A stretch of DNA of 64,000 nucleotides, taken from contig VBID01000116.1 of NCBI GenBank assembly GCA_005880615.1, positions 1,494 through 65,493 of the forward strand, given 5' to 3'. This DNA is from Chloroflexota bacterium. Lineage in GTDB: Bacteria; Chloroflexota; Dormibacteria; CF-121. This document shows positions 37,388-47,727 of this stretch, piece by piece; within the stretch, counting starts at the first letter, position 1; each line of letters begins with the position of its first letter. The notes under the pieces were generated by a model. The model saw only the letters and a list, made by a program, of their open reading frames with translations. It was not told the DNA's origin and made no database searches. The position numbers were made by a program, and so were the translations under genes.

Positions 37388-38995
37388 CTAGATCCCGCTG
37401 TGCCAGACGGTGGAACCCAGGACGTGGATCCAGGTGAGCCCGGTGTCCAGCGTGATCGGGTCCCCGTCCGGCGTGTAGTAGGCCGCCGGCACGTCGGGGT
37501 CGGCATGCTGCCAAGTGGCGTGGATCACGATGCCATTGACGTAGACCTCGGCCGGCCCCTCCCCGGTCAACTCGTAAGCCTCCGTGTGGTAGCAGTGCCC
37601 CATGGAGCAGAAGGTGTTGGCGGGATTGGTGTCCAGGAAGGAGGTCACGTGCTCCACGATGACCGTCTTGGCGTGCACCTGGCCCGTCCCCATATTGATC
37701 ATGGGCGCCCCGTCCTGCCACTTCAGGTATTCCTTCCGGACCGGGTCGTATTTCCAGACCGCGTCCTGGTCCGGGACGATGATGGCCGTCGCCGGGTCCC
37801 CGCTATGGGCGGCATCGTCGTGCTTGGGCGCGATTTCGTACAGGGGCCCCGGCACGTTCTTCGCCGCGGCGAAGTTGGTGGCATTGGCCCCGTGGATCAT
37901 CACGTTGTGGGGCGCCCACCGGTCGGGCGTCCGGAAGAAGACGTTGCCCTGGCCGTAGCTGAAGTCGTTGACCAGGTCCGGGTGCTGCCAGACCTTGCCC
38001 AGGACGTAGTCGTTGGCTCCGGAGCAGTAGATGAAGCCCTTGTACATCAGCTCCAGCCGGATGGTGATCAGGCGGCAGCTGCGAATGGGGCCGACCAGGA
38101 CCGGCAGGGGGTGCCAGTACACGGCCGTCAGGCGTGGCACGGACCCTTCGCTCAGGTACTCATAGATCATGTCGGCTTGCTGCATGCCGGCTTGCGGCCG
38201 CGCGTCCAGGCTGTTTTCGATCTGCATCAGGATGGGCGCTCCCGACCCAATCCGGCTGGGGTCGCCGGCCGACGGAACCTCCAGGACGGTGGTGAAGCTC
38301 AGCGTCCAGTCCGCCAGGAACGGATCGTGCTTGCGGTTGAGCGCTTGCTGCGACACCCCCAGCACGTAGGGCTTGCTGTGCTTGAGGGTCAGATCCAGAG
38401 TGGCGGTGAGCCCGTCGCCGGACCACTGCACCTGGCCGGCTGGCACCGGCTTGCTGTCCAGCAGGAGGGGCGTGCGGACGCTGTCCATCGCCTGAGTGAA
38501 GGCGATGGCCAGCTTGCCGTGCACCGGGACGAACTGGGCCGCATCTTTGAGCGGCTGATTATCAAATCGGACGGCGGCCACCGTGGGCGCCGCCTCGGTC
38601 CGAAACGTCAAGCTCCGGGTGACGGTGCCGCTCCCGGAGGCCTCCCTGGCTCCGGTGAGCACCACGTGGTAGGTGGTCTCAGGCGTCATGGTGGGGGAGA
38701 ACTGGAACTCGCGCGGGCTCACCGTGGCGAAGGTCACCGGGACCGACGGCGTCATGGTGAAGCCCTGCTGGACTGAACTGGCCAGCATGTCCTTGTTGAA
38801 CTTGAAGTCGATACTCGCCGTCCGGGCGACGGCCTGGTCCCCGTCGGCGACGTTGGCGCTGACTTCCAGCGGCATGGTCAGCAGCCGGACGACGGCCGCC
38901 AGTCCGACCAGGACCAGCGGGATCACCCCCACCCACCACCGACGGCGCGCACCCTGCGCCAGGCTTATTGATCCGATCCGATGACGTGAACCCAT
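37388..38995 (-). CDS. Ig-like (Big_5-type) x2 plus DUF3048 (YerB-like) exported protein, paralog B
   Basis: IENSLDARPQAGMQQADMIYEYLSEG..RL, GPIRSCR and APHNV motifs. FNKDM and FTQAMD Ig motifs. Confidence 0.82.
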   Translation of the reverse strand: MGSRHRIGSISLAQGARRRWWVGVIPLVLVGLAAVVRLLTMPLEVSANVADGDQAVARTASIDFKFNKDMLASSVQQGFTMTPSVPVTFATVSPREFQFSPTMTPETTYHVVLTGAREASGSGTVTRSLTFRTEAAPTVAAVRFDNQPLKDAAQFVPVHGKLAIAFTQAMDSVRTPLLLDSKPVPAGQVQWSGDGLTATLDLTLKHSKPYVLGVSQQALNRKHDPFLADWTLSFTTVLEVPSAGDPSRIGSGAPILMQIENSLDARPQAGMQQADMIYEYLSEGSVPRLTAVYWHPLPVLVGPIRSCRLITIRLELMYKGFIYCSGANDYVLGKVWQHPDLVNDFSYGQGNVFFRTPDRWAPHNVMIHGANATNFAAAKNVPGPLYEIAPKHDDAAHSGDPATAIIVPDQDAVWKYDPVRKEYLKWQDGAPMINMGTGQVHAKTVIVEHVTSFLDTNPANTFCSMGHCYHTEAYELTGEGPAEVYVNGIVIHATWQHADPDVPAAYYTPDGDPITLDTGLTWIHVLGSTVWHSGI

Positions 38996-40560
38996 GTCAG
39001 CCCCGTGTTGAGATCGACGGGGTTGCCATCGGGCCCGTAGTAGACGACGGGTACAGTCCGATCAGGGTGGCGCCATGTGGCATGAATCACTCCTCCGTCT
39101 GAATAGATTTCGGCCGAGCCCTCCCCAGCGAGCTCGTAGTACTCGGTGTAGTAGTGGTGGAAGAAGTTCCCCGGGGTGGTGTCGATGCGTGAGCGGACGT
39201 GTTCGACGATGACGGTCTTGGCATGGACCTGGCCGGTCCCTGCGTTGGTAAAGGGGGCACCGTCCTGCCATTTGAAATACTCCTTGGCGCTGGCGTTGTA
39301 GCGCCAGATGGCGCCGTGCTGGGGCAGTGCGATGTCGGTGGCCGGGACGGCGCCCGGCAGCGGCGCATCCGGGTGCGCGGGGGCCACATCGTAGGGCAAA
39401 GGCCCCAGGGCGGCGGCCGTGCGCTGGGTGACCTGGTCCGGCCGGGCCATCACGTTGTGCGGCGCGGCTCGCGCATCCGTCCGGAACATGATGGGCAGCC
39501 AGTAGGCGTAGTCATACACGATGTTCGGATACTTCCAGACCTGGCCCAGCACGAAATCGTTGGCGCCAGAACAGTAGATCATGCCGTGGTACATCTGCTC
39601 CAGCTGGACCGTGATCAGGCGGCAGCTGCGGACCGGCCCGATCAAGCTGGTCGGAGGATGCCAGTAAACTGCGGTCAGGCGAGGAATGCCGTACTCGCTG
39701 ATGTACTCGTAGATCATGTCGGCCTGCTGCATCCCCGATTGCGGGCGGACGGTTGGCTGGCCGCTGTTCTCGATCTGGATGATCACCGGGCCATAGCCGC
39801 TCCCAATCCGGGCCGTGGAGCCCGCGGAGGGGACCTGGATCATGGTGGTGAATCCAACCTTCCAATCCGCGAGCAGCGGGTCGTGCCGGCGGTTCAACGC
39901 CTGCTGGGGGACCGAAACCGAGTGGAGCCGACTGTGGGCCAGGCTGATCGGAACCGAGGCCGTGGTGGAGGTGGGATCCCAGCGGATGCTAGTCGCGTCG
40001 ACCGGCGCGCCGTCGACCAGGATGGGCACGTGGCTGGCATCCATCGGTTGGGAGAAGGTAATGGCCAGCGTGCCGCGCAGCGGCACCGCCTGCTGTCCAT
40101 CCGAAAGCGGCGCTCCTTCCAGGCTCAGCCCGGTGATCTTGGGCGCCGGTTCGGTGTGAAAGCTGAACGCATAGGTGAGCCCGCCCAAACCGATCGCCTT
40201 CCGCAGCCCGGCCAGGTGAACGTGGTAGGTGGTGTCTGGCTCCAGTTGGGGCTTAAACAGGAAGTGGCGGGGATTGATCTGGGCGAGGGTGAAGGGCGCG
40301 GCGGGGTCGATGCTGACGCCCTGCCGCACCGATGGTTCGTTCATGTCCTGGTTGAAGGTGAAGTCGATGGCGGTGGTGCGGGCCACCTGCTGATCGCCAT
40401 CCGGAACGGTAGCGCCGACTGACAGCGGGGCCGTGGCGGTCCGCGCCCCGACCACCAGGACGGCGGCGAGCAGCGCCAGGGGGAGCAGCCACCAGCGACG
40501 GCGAAGGCGTTGGGTGAGGATCGGCGGAAACCGGGGCATCGAATCTCTGGAAGGGTACAC
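38965..40560 (-). CDS. Ig-like x2 plus DUF3048 exported protein, paralog A
   Basis: Same architecture as paralog B. RPQSGMQQADMIYEYISEYGIPRL and GPVRSCR motifs. Confidence 0.82.
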   Translation of the reverse strand: MYPSRDSMPRFPPILTQRLRRRWWLLPLALLAAVLVVGARTATAPLSVGATVPDGDQQVARTTAIDFTFNQDMNEPSVRQGVSIDPAAPFTLAQINPRHFLFKPQLEPDTTYHVHLAGLRKAIGLGGLTYAFSFHTEPAPKITGLSLEGAPLSDGQQAVPLRGTLAITFSQPMDASHVPILVDGAPVDATSIRWDPTSTTASVPISLAHSRLHSVSVPQQALNRRHDPLLADWKVGFTTMIQVPSAGSTARIGSGYGPVIIQIENSGQPTVRPQSGMQQADMIYEYISEYGIPRLTAVYWHPPTSLIGPVRSCRLITVQLEQMYHGMIYCSGANDFVLGQVWKYPNIVYDYAYWLPIMFRTDARAAPHNVMARPDQVTQRTAAALGPLPYDVAPAHPDAPLPGAVPATDIALPQHGAIWRYNASAKEYFKWQDGAPFTNAGTGQVHAKTVIVEHVRSRIDTTPGNFFHHYYTEYYELAGEGSAEIYSDGGVIHATWRHPDRTVPVVYYGPDGNPVDLNTGLTWVHVIGSDQ

Positions 40561-40714
40561 CAGGCCCCGCGGGAGGCCGATGCCGAACGCTACCGGAGGC
40601 GGCTCACCGGGTCAACGGGCCGGTCTGGCCCGCTTGGTGAGTGCGACGTGGACAGGTTTTTGCAGCGCCCCGCTGCCTGGTCTGCCAGCCTGCCTCCTGC
40701 CCGCGCTCCGAGCG

Positions 40715-41032
40715 TTAGGCCGCGAGCCTGGGCTGCCGTGCCCTCAGCAACTCCTGGGCATCGAACAGCACATCCAGGACCCGCACCGGATCGCGCGTGA
40801 CGTTCCGGCTGAGCACGCGGTGCAACTTGCGGCTGACAGGACGGACAAAGCGCATGATCTCGTCCATCAGGCTCTCGGGGATGGCGGCATGCCGTCCCTC
40901 GATCAGGTTCTCGACCTGGAGCAAGAAGGAGTCCAGCTGTCGCACTCCCGCCCGCCGCCGCAGCTCCGCCTGGCGGCGATCCTCGGCCATCTGGTAACCC
41001 CGGTGAATCTCTTCGATCGCCTCACTGAGCAT
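40715..41032 (-). CDS. hypothetical helical protein (probable distant paralog of 19652-20038)
   Basis: GAAGGGGG RBS. LDSFLLQVENL...IP...VLDVLFDAQE pattern. Confidence 0.75.
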   Translation of the reverse strand: MLSEAIEEIHRGYQMAEDRRQAELRRRAGVRQLDSFLLQVENLIEGRHAAIPESLMDEIMRFVRPVSRKLHRVLSRNVTRDPVRVLDVLFDAQELLRARQPRLAA

Positions 41033-41175
41033 GGCATGAACCCCCTTCCGGCTTGCCTTGTTGTCTCACCTTGACGCTGGCATAGAACTTGATAGCTAGC
41101 ATAGTACCAAACACGAAACCCCTGTCAAGGGTTTGGTATCTACAGAAAGTCCGCGGGTGAAGTTGGCTCCCCCTT

Positions 41176-41352
41176 AGCCCGAATCCACCGAGTCGAACTA
41201 GCATCTTGGGCGCGGGACGAGCGATCGGGGCGTGTCTCCTGCGCGCGCTCGGTTACGCACCGACGGGTGCGCGCCCTCGCGTGCTCGTCGCCTCCTTCCG
41301 CTCATCTCGCCCCGCATCCCAATCTGCGTCGTCCGATCGGTGGGTCCGGGCT
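41176..41352. mobile_element. hairpin element type A, uninterrupted copy (177 bp)
   Basis: AGCCCGAATCCACCGA ... TCGGTGGGTCCGGGCT ends. Overlaps the TAA of the MerR gene. Confidence 0.85.
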
Positions 41353-41690
41353 TAGGCCGGACGGGCGAGGTCCTGGAGGCCCTGTAGCTCGTGTACCTGA
41401 TCGAGCTCCAGGCCCTGCCGCACAAGGGCTTCCAAGAGGCGAAGGACGTATTTAACCCCGGCCAGGTTTACGCCCTTTTCTCGGGTCAGAAACTGAATGG
41501 CCTGGACCCGGCGGATGTCCTCCTCTGAATAGCGCCGCCGATTGGTCACCGTCCGCTGCGGCTTGATCAGGTTTTCGCTCTCGTAGATCATCAGCGTCCG
41601 GGGATGCAAATTGAGGATCTCGCTGGCAATACTCGGGGTAAAGACGGCGCGGCTGGACGCGATGTCGTTCGCCGGCTGTGCGCGACCCAC
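41352..41690 (-). CDS. HspR-like MerR-family regulator 1
   Basis: SIASEILNLHPRTLMIYE...RTVTNRRRYSEED...KGVNLAGVK. Confidence 0.9.
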   Translation of the reverse strand: MGRAQPANDIASSRAVFTPSIASEILNLHPRTLMIYESENLIKPQRTVTNRRRYSEEDIRRVQAIQFLTREKGVNLAGVKYVLRLLEALVRQGLELDQVHELQGLQDLARPA

Positions 41691-41832
41691 TCGCTAGGCC
41701 ACCTCCCGGTGCGAGGAAAGCCTCGAATACGGCTCCCAGTTAGCTTACAGTTAGGGTATCACGAAATGGGCTCCCTCTGCAACCGGCCCGCCTGCTGACG
41801 GGCAGACAGGCTGGCGGGCGATACTGGAGCCC

Positions 41833-43365
41833 ATGATTGCCATCGAGGAATACACCCGGCAGCTCCTCAAGGACCTGCATCCCGTGATCGTGGCCAACCG
41901 GGCCCCGGTCGACGTCCAGCTGGAGGCCGACGAGGAATACCGCTTCGTGCGCGGCGGCGGCGGCCTGGTCACCGGGCTGGCCGGGCTGGCGCAGGCGACC
42001 GGGGCGGTCTGGGTGGCCTGTGCCCGCGAAGGGCCAGACCAGGAGCTGTCGGCCAGCGACGGCTCGGAGCCAATGTCGCTGCAAACCGAGGAAGGGCTGC
42101 GCTACCGGGTCCTGTGGGTGAAGCCGCCCCGGCCGGCCTACGACCTCTACTACAACACCATCGCCAACCCGCTGCTGTGGTTTGTCCAGCACTACCTGTG
42201 GAACCTGGCCGAGGCCCCCATCCTGGACGACAGCACCCATCACGCCTGGACCGAAGGCTACCGCCGGGTCAACCAGCTGTTCGCCCAGCAGGTGGTGAAC
42301 GAGGCCCGCCGCGGCCACAAGCGGTCGCTGGTCCTCTCCCACGACTACCAGCTCTACCTGGTGCCCCGGCTGGTGCGCCGGGAACTACCGGACGCCATCC
42401 TGCAGCATTACGTCCACATCCCCTGGCCCACCCCCCAGTACTGGAAGGTGCTGCCCCAGTACATGCGCGACGAGATCATGGATGGCCTACTGGCCAGCGA
42501 CGTGGTCGGCCTGCAGACGCGCAGTGACGTCCGCAACTTCCTGCTGACCTGCGAAGAGAACATGGGTCTGCCCATCGACCTGCGCCAACAGGTCGCCTTC
42601 TACCGAGGTCGGACGGTGTGGGTGCGTAACTACCCAATCTCCATCGACGTGCGCGAGTTCGAAGCGTCGGCCCGGACGCCGGCCGTCGAGCGCGCTGAAC
42701 GCGATATCCTGCGCTGGCGACCGCGCCACGTGATCTTCCGGGTCGATCGGATGGACCTGTCCAAGAACATCGTCCGCGGGTTTCTCGCCTACGATCGGCT
42801 GCTCCAGGTCCATCCGGAGTGGCGCGGCGAGGTGGTCTTCTGGGCGCTGCTGCAGAAGACGCGTCAGAACGTCAGCGAGTACCGCGAGTATGCCCGCCAG
42901 GTCCAGCAGGCCGTTCGGGTGGTCAATGAACGACACGGCACCCCTACCTGGCAGCCCATCCGGCTCGAACTGCGCGACGACATCCCGCGGGCCATTGCCG
43001 GCTACAAGCAGTTCGACGTGCTGCTGGTGAACGCCATCTACGACGGCATGAACCTGGTCGCCAAGGAGGGCATCACCGTCAACCGGCGGGGCGGCGTGCT
43101 GGTGCTCTCCGAGAATGCCGGTGCCCACGAAGAGCTGGGCCAGTGGGCGATCACCATCAACCCCTTCGACGTGGACGGCACGGCCGAGGCGCTCCACCGG
43201 GCGTTGCTGATGGACGGGGTGGAACGCCATGCCCGCGCCGAGAAAATGCGCGGGGTGGTGGAACAGAACGACATTGCCCGCTGGATCTCGGCCCAGCTGC
43301 AGGACCTGCGTGACCTGGTGGAACCCGCGGCCGCCCGCCGGCCGGAGTTACGACAGCTGAGCTAA
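41833..43365 (+). CDS. otsA: trehalose-6-phosphate synthase (GT20)
   Basis: VANRAP, GGGGLVT, HDYQL, HIPWP, YPISID, VDRMDLSKNI, DGMNLVAKE and LSENAGA motifs. Confidence 0.88.
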   Translation: MIAIEEYTRQLLKDLHPVIVANRAPVDVQLEADEEYRFVRGGGGLVTGLAGLAQATGAVWVACAREGPDQELSASDGSEPMSLQTEEGLRYRVLWVKPPRPAYDLYYNTIANPLLWFVQHYLWNLAEAPILDDSTHHAWTEGYRRVNQLFAQQVVNEARRGHKRSLVLSHDYQLYLVPRLVRRELPDAILQHYVHIPWPTPQYWKVLPQYMRDEIMDGLLASDVVGLQTRSDVRNFLLTCEENMGLPIDLRQQVAFYRGRTVWVRNYPISIDVREFEASARTPAVERAERDILRWRPRHVIFRVDRMDLSKNIVRGFLAYDRLLQVHPEWRGEVVFWALLQKTRQNVSEYREYARQVQQAVRVVNERHGTPTWQPIRLELRDDIPRAIAGYKQFDVLLVNAIYDGMNLVAKEGITVNRRGGVLVLSENAGAHEELGQWAITINPFDVDGTAEALHRALLMDGVERHARAEKMRGVVEQNDIARWISAQLQDLRDLVEPAAARRPELRQLS

Positions 43366-43377
43366 CCCGGGGTCGAG

Positions 43378-43674
43378 CTACTCCCAGAGGTGGCGAGCAG
43401 CCGCCAGCTCGGGGAAGTCCGCCTCGGGGAGAGGCAGCCGCTGCTTGGAGGCGGCCTCCATCAACGAGAAAATGACCTTCACGCCGGCCAGGTTGATCCC
43501 GCTGACGGTGGTCAGCTCGCGGATCAGGCGGACGCGTTCGATGTCGCGCCGCGAGTAGCGCCGGCGCTGGGTGGGGGTGCGCTCGGGCGCGATCAGGTGC
43601 TCACTCTCGTACACGAAGAGGGTGCGCGGTTCAATGTCGAACATGTCCGAGACTTCGCTGGACTTATGGGCCAC
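43378..43674 (-). CDS. HspR-like MerR-family regulator 2 (divergent)
   Basis: EPRTLFVYE...RTPTQRRRYSRRD...GINLAGVK. GGAGG RBS before GTG 43674. Confidence 0.85.
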   Translation of the reverse strand: MAHKSSEVSDMFDIEPRTLFVYESEHLIAPERTPTQRRRYSRRDIERVRLIRELTTVSGINLAGVKVIFSLMEAASKQRLPLPEADFPELAAARHLWE

Positions 43675-43907
43675 CGGCTCGCCTCCCGCAAAGCAGTATA
43701 GCCGATATATCAACATTCGTGATAAACGTCGCACCGTACCGAAACTGCGCCTTCACCGGCTTCGGCTCGCACCCGACCGATGTGGTGATCGGACATTCGC
43801 AACTGGTGTGGCGCTGCTTATCACCTTAGCGAGGCAAGGCTTCGCTTGAACGGCCGGCGGACGGCCGCTACGCTGTCGCACCAGGCCTGACCAGCCTTAA
43901 GCCCAGC

Positions 43908-45038
43908 ATGTCGAGCATCTTACGGCACGCCTCCGCCTTCGCACGACAGCTCGTGCTGAGCTTGTGCCTGTTCAGCCTGCTGGCGTCGCCGTTCGGGGTC
44001 CGGACCTATCTGGACGTGCAGGCGGCCCAGCGCGCCGCGGCGGCCCAGCAACTGAGCGTCATCGACCGGCCGGCCATCGTGTCGGCTCGGACCTCCGCCA
44101 CCAGCGTCCGGCCGTTTGATCAGCCCGAGCGCGCGGCGATCGATGCGGTGCGCGGCAAGGGCGCCTGGTTCATGATCTTCGCCAGCGACTGGACGAATCC
44201 TGATGCCGACCGGGCCTGGGACATGGTGGATGCGGCGGTCAAGGCCGACCTGAGCCACATCTACGTGCGGGTGGCCGACTCCCGGGCGCACTTCTACGGT
44301 GCCCCGGCGCTCCAGGACCTGCTTCCCATTGCCCACTCTCGCGGGGTGCGTGTGATCGGCTGGGTCGAACCCGAGCTCTCCGACGCCCATTCCGATGCCG
44401 TCGATGCCATCGCAGCGGCGCGCTACCAGAGTGCTGGACAGCACCTGGATGGCCTGGCGCTGACCGTCGAGCAGAATTGGGACGACAGCTCGATCGAGTG
44501 GTACCTGGGCGGCATCCGGCGCGGCATTGATGGCGCAGTCGGACTGGGTGACCGCTACCTGCTGGTGGCCAGCACCTTCCCGGTTCCGTCCGAGCACCGC
44601 AGCTATCCCTGGGCCACCATGTCCCGCTACTGCCAGGTCTTTGCCCCAATGGCCTACTGGCGGGCCACCGGGCGGCGTCAATTCGTGGGAAGCGGTGGGG
44701 TGCGCGCCTTCCTGGACCAGATCTTTGCCGAGTTCCGCGATCCCGGGATCAATCCCTACCAGCGCCCGGTGTCCATCACGGCACAGGCTTACGACGCGAC
44801 GCTCGAGTACGGCATCCCCGGCTCACCCCCGGGGGAGGAGATCGTCGCCTCCATGGATGAGACCCGGGCCCAGGGTGGGCTCAGCTGGTCCTTCTACCGA
44901 CTGTCCAACGCGGACAACGGCGTGACCGGCGACGAGGCCGCGGCCATCACCGCCTATCCGTTCTGGCAGCGCCCGGCCCCGGCAACGATTGCGCAGAAGG
45001 CCCTGATCGCGGTCGTTGACCAGCCGGCTGCGTACTGA
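43908..45038 (+). CDS. exported hypothetical protein, possibly a glycoside-hydrolase-like TIM barrel
   Basis: Signal or TM segment. GKGAW, HIYVRVAD, GVRVIGW, APMAYW and SFY barrel-strand pattern. Confidence 0.6.
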   Translation: MSSILRHASAFARQLVLSLCLFSLLASPFGVRTYLDVQAAQRAAAAQQLSVIDRPAIVSARTSATSVRPFDQPERAAIDAVRGKGAWFMIFASDWTNPDADRAWDMVDAAVKADLSHIYVRVADSRAHFYGAPALQDLLPIAHSRGVRVIGWVEPELSDAHSDAVDAIAAARYQSAGQHLDGLALTVEQNWDDSSIEWYLGGIRRGIDGAVGLGDRYLLVASTFPVPSEHRSYPWATMSRYCQVFAPMAYWRATGRRQFVGSGGVRAFLDQIFAEFRDPGINPYQRPVSITAQAYDATLEYGIPGSPPGEEIVASMDETRAQGGLSWSFYRLSNADNGVTGDEAAAITAYPFWQRPAPATIAQKALIAVVDQPAAY

Positions 45039-45055
45039 TTCCAGGAAGCCAACGC

Positions 45056-46966
45056 ATGAATCTGTTTCGCCGCCGCCAACCGCCCGCCTCCGGTGGCCTC
45101 CCCGACTGGCGGATCGGGCTGGCGGTGGGCGCCGGGGCGGTGGCCGCCACCGCCCTGGCGTTCGTCATCGCCACGGCTACCGGGTCCACCCGGTCCATCT
45201 GGAATCAGCCTCAGACCCCCATCGGCGATGTCCTGAACCGGGTTGACGCCGGGCAGGTCAAGAGCGCCGTCATCACCGGCGAGCGCGTCGTCCTGACCGA
45301 TCGCAAAGGCGCCACCTTCTGGACCCAGAAGGAAAGCGGGACGGCGATCGCCGACGAACTGCGCCAGCATGGGGTGCAGGTCAGCGTTGCCCCCGGCGAC
45401 TCCTCCGACCTGGTGCGGACCCTGCCCAACCTGGTGGGGCTGCTCCTGCTGGTGGCGCTGGTGTTCCTGCTCCTGCGCCGGTCCAACCTGCTGGGGAGCC
45501 CGATGGGCGCCTTCTCCAAGCACCTGCGGGAGGCCGGCCGGGAATCGTCCGCGGTCGTCACCTTCGCCGAGGTGGCGGGCGTGGACGAGGCCAAGCAGGA
45601 GCTGGAAGAGGTCGTTCGATTTCTCCGGACGCCCGCCGGCTTTCGCGAGCTGGGGGCGCGCATGCCGCGCGGCGTGCTCCTGATCGGCCCCCCCGGGACT
45701 GGCAAGACGTTGCTGTCGCGAGCCGTGGCCGGCGAGGCCGGGGTGCCCTATTTCTCCCTCAGCGGGTCCGACTTCGTGGAGATGTTCGTCGGGGTGGGAG
45801 CGGCGCGGGTCCGGGACCTGTTCCGCCACGCCAAGAAGCACGCCCCCTGCATCATCTTCATCGACGAGATCGATGCCCTGGGTCGGAAGCGCGGGGCATC
45901 GTTCGGGCGCACCAACGAGGAGCGAGAACAAACCCTCAACCAGCTGCTGGTGGAGATGGACGGCTTCCACACCGACGAGGCGGTGGTCGTGGTGGCGGCC
46001 ACCAACCGGCCCGACGTGCTGGATCCGGCCTTGCTCCGATCCGGCCGCTTCGACCGACGGGTGGCCATCGAGTCCCCCGACATCAACGGGCGGCGCGCCA
46101 TCCTCGCCCTGTACGCGCGCGCGAAACCGTTGTCGCCCGAGATCGACCTGGAGGTGATCGCCCGGCAGACGCCGGGGTTCACGGGGGCGGACCTGGCCAA
46201 CCTGCTGAACGAGGCGGCCATCCTGGCCGCCCGGGGCGGCAAGCGGGTGATCGGCCGCAGCGAGATGGAAGAGGCCGCCTTTCGGGTGATGGCGGGGCCC
46301 GAGAAGCGCAGCCGGATCCTCACCCCGGAGGAGAAGGCCATCGTTGCCTACCACGAGGTGGGCCATGCGCTCTGCATGAAGTCGATCGCCAAGAGCGACC
46401 CGGTCCATAAGGTTTCCATCGTGGCCCGCGGCCAGGCGCTGGGCGTGACCGTGCAGCTGCCGAGACGCGATCGCTATCTCACCTCGAAGTCCGAATTGCA
46501 GGCCCGGATGGTGGCGGCCATGGGCGGTCGGGCGGCCGAAGAGATCATCTTCGGCGATGCCACCACCGGGGCGAAGCAGGACATCGAGGTCGCCACCAGC
46601 ATCGCCCGGCACATGGTGTGTGAGTTCGGGATGAGCGAGCGGCTGGGCCTGGTCACCCTGCGCGCCCGCGACGATGATGACTCGCCGCTGATCTCGGAGC
46701 TGACCGCTGAGGACGTGGACGCGGAGGTGAAGGCGCTGATCGACGCGGCGTACCGGCAGGCGGTGCAGATCCTGCAGGAGAAGCGCGCCATCCTGGTCCA
46801 AATCGCGGAACATCTGCAGCAGGTGGAGACCATTGATGGGGCCGAGCTGGATGGCCTCCTCGCCTCGGACCCGGCGGCCATGCCGAGGCTGCCGGAGCGG
46901 CGGATGCCGGTCGAGGAGTCTGGTCGGGGCGCGCAGGTCGCGGCGGCGGAAGCCGACCAGGCCTAG
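45056..46966 (+). CDS. ftsH: ATP-dependent zinc metalloprotease FtsH (possibly a second paralog)
   Basis: Two TM segments, [27 protein letters not shown] and HEVGH motifs. Confidence 0.95.
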   Translation: MNLFRRRQPPASGGLPDWRIGLAVGAGAVAATALAFVIATATGSTRSIWNQPQTPIGDVLNRVDAGQVKSAVITGERVVLTDRKGATFWTQKESGTAIADELRQHGVQVSVAPGDSSDLVRTLPNLVGLLLLVALVFLLLRRSNLLGSPMGAFSKHLREAGRESSAVVTFAEVAGVDEAKQELEEVVRFLRTPAGFRELGARMPRGVLLIGPPGTGKTLLSRAVAGEAGVPYFSLSGSDFVEMFVGVGAARVRDLFRHAKKHAPCIIFIDEIDALGRKRGASFGRTNEEREQTLNQLLVEMDGFHTDEAVVVVAATNRPDVLDPALLRSGRFDRRVAIESPDINGRRAILALYARAKPLSPEIDLEVIARQTPGFTGADLANLLNEAAILAARGGKRVIGRSEMEEAAFRVMAGPEKRSRILTPEEKAIVAYHEVGHALCMKSIAKSDPVHKVSIVARGQALGVTVQLPRRDRYLTSKSELQARMVAAMGGRAAEEIIFGDATTGAKQDIEVATSIARHMVCEFGMSERLGLVTLRARDDDDSPLISELTAEDVDAEVKALIDAAYRQAVQILQEKRAILVQIAEHLQQVETIDGAELDGLLASDPAAMPRLPERRMPVEESGRGAQVAAAEADQA

Positions 46967-46986
46967 CCCGAATCTACCGGCTTCCT

Positions 46987-47334
46987 CTAGATAATCTCGG
47001 CGTACAGCTCGTACACGATGCGCAGGTCGTCTGGCGGGCGAACCTTATTTAGCTTCAGCGCTTGCAGCAGCATCAGGATGTACTTGACGCCGGCCAGGTT
47101 GACGCCCTTCTCTCGGGTCAGCTGCTGGATGACCTGCAGTTTGCGCACATTGCGCTGCGAGTAGCGTCGCCGGTTGGTCGACGTCCGGTAGGGTTCGATC
47201 AGGCCCAGGTCCTCATACATCATCAGCGTGCGGGGATGGGTTTCCAGGATTTCGGACGCGACGCTGATGGTGTAGAGGGGCTTGTCGAGGTCGAACCCGG
47301 CGGACAAGGGGACCCGACGCTCGGTAGCGGCCAC
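46987..47334 (-). CDS. HspR-like MerR-family regulator 3
   Basis: LDKPLYTISVASEILETHPRTLMMYE...RTSTNRRRYSQR...GVNLAGVK. Confidence 0.92.
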   Translation of the reverse strand: MAATERRVPLSAGFDLDKPLYTISVASEILETHPRTLMMYEDLGLIEPYRTSTNRRRYSQRNVRKLQVIQQLTREKGVNLAGVKYILMLLQALKLNKVRPPDDLRIVYELYAEII

Positions 47335-47337
47335 GGC

Positions 47338-47727
47338 TCAGTCCTTGACCCAGTCCTGCACGCCGCGGCTGAGGCTGGCTGGCGTCGTCTCCGACTTGAT
47401 CAAGTAATCAAGGGCGCCCAGCTTGAGGCCGCGGTCGACCAGCTCCTTCTCGCCGTAGTTGGAGAGGATGATGACCGGAATGTTCCTGGTCACGGTGTCC
47501 TGGCGGAGGTTTTCGAGCACGGCGAACCCGTCCATCTTGGGCAGCCGGATATCCAGGAAGACGATGTCCGGGACCAGCTTCTTGGCCTGTTCCAGGCCCT
47601 CCTCGCCCGACTTGGCCACGGTCACGCGGTAGCCATCCAGCTCCAGCTTGAGTTTGTACATCTCAGCCACAGCCGGGTCGTCCTCGATAAAGAGGACGTT
47701 GACCTCCTCGTCGACGACTTCACTCAT
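47338..47727 (-). CDS. single-domain response regulator, upstream of MerR 3
   Basis: FIEDD, PDIVFLDIRLPKMDG, ILSNYGE and YLIK motifs. GGAAGGAG RBS. Confidence 0.92.
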   Translation of the reverse strand: MSEVVDEEVNVLFIEDDPAVAEMYKLKLELDGYRVTVAKSGEEGLEQAKKLVPDIVFLDIRLPKMDGFAVLENLRQDTVTRNIPVIILSNYGEKELVDRGLKLGALDYLIKSETTPASLSRGVQDWVKD

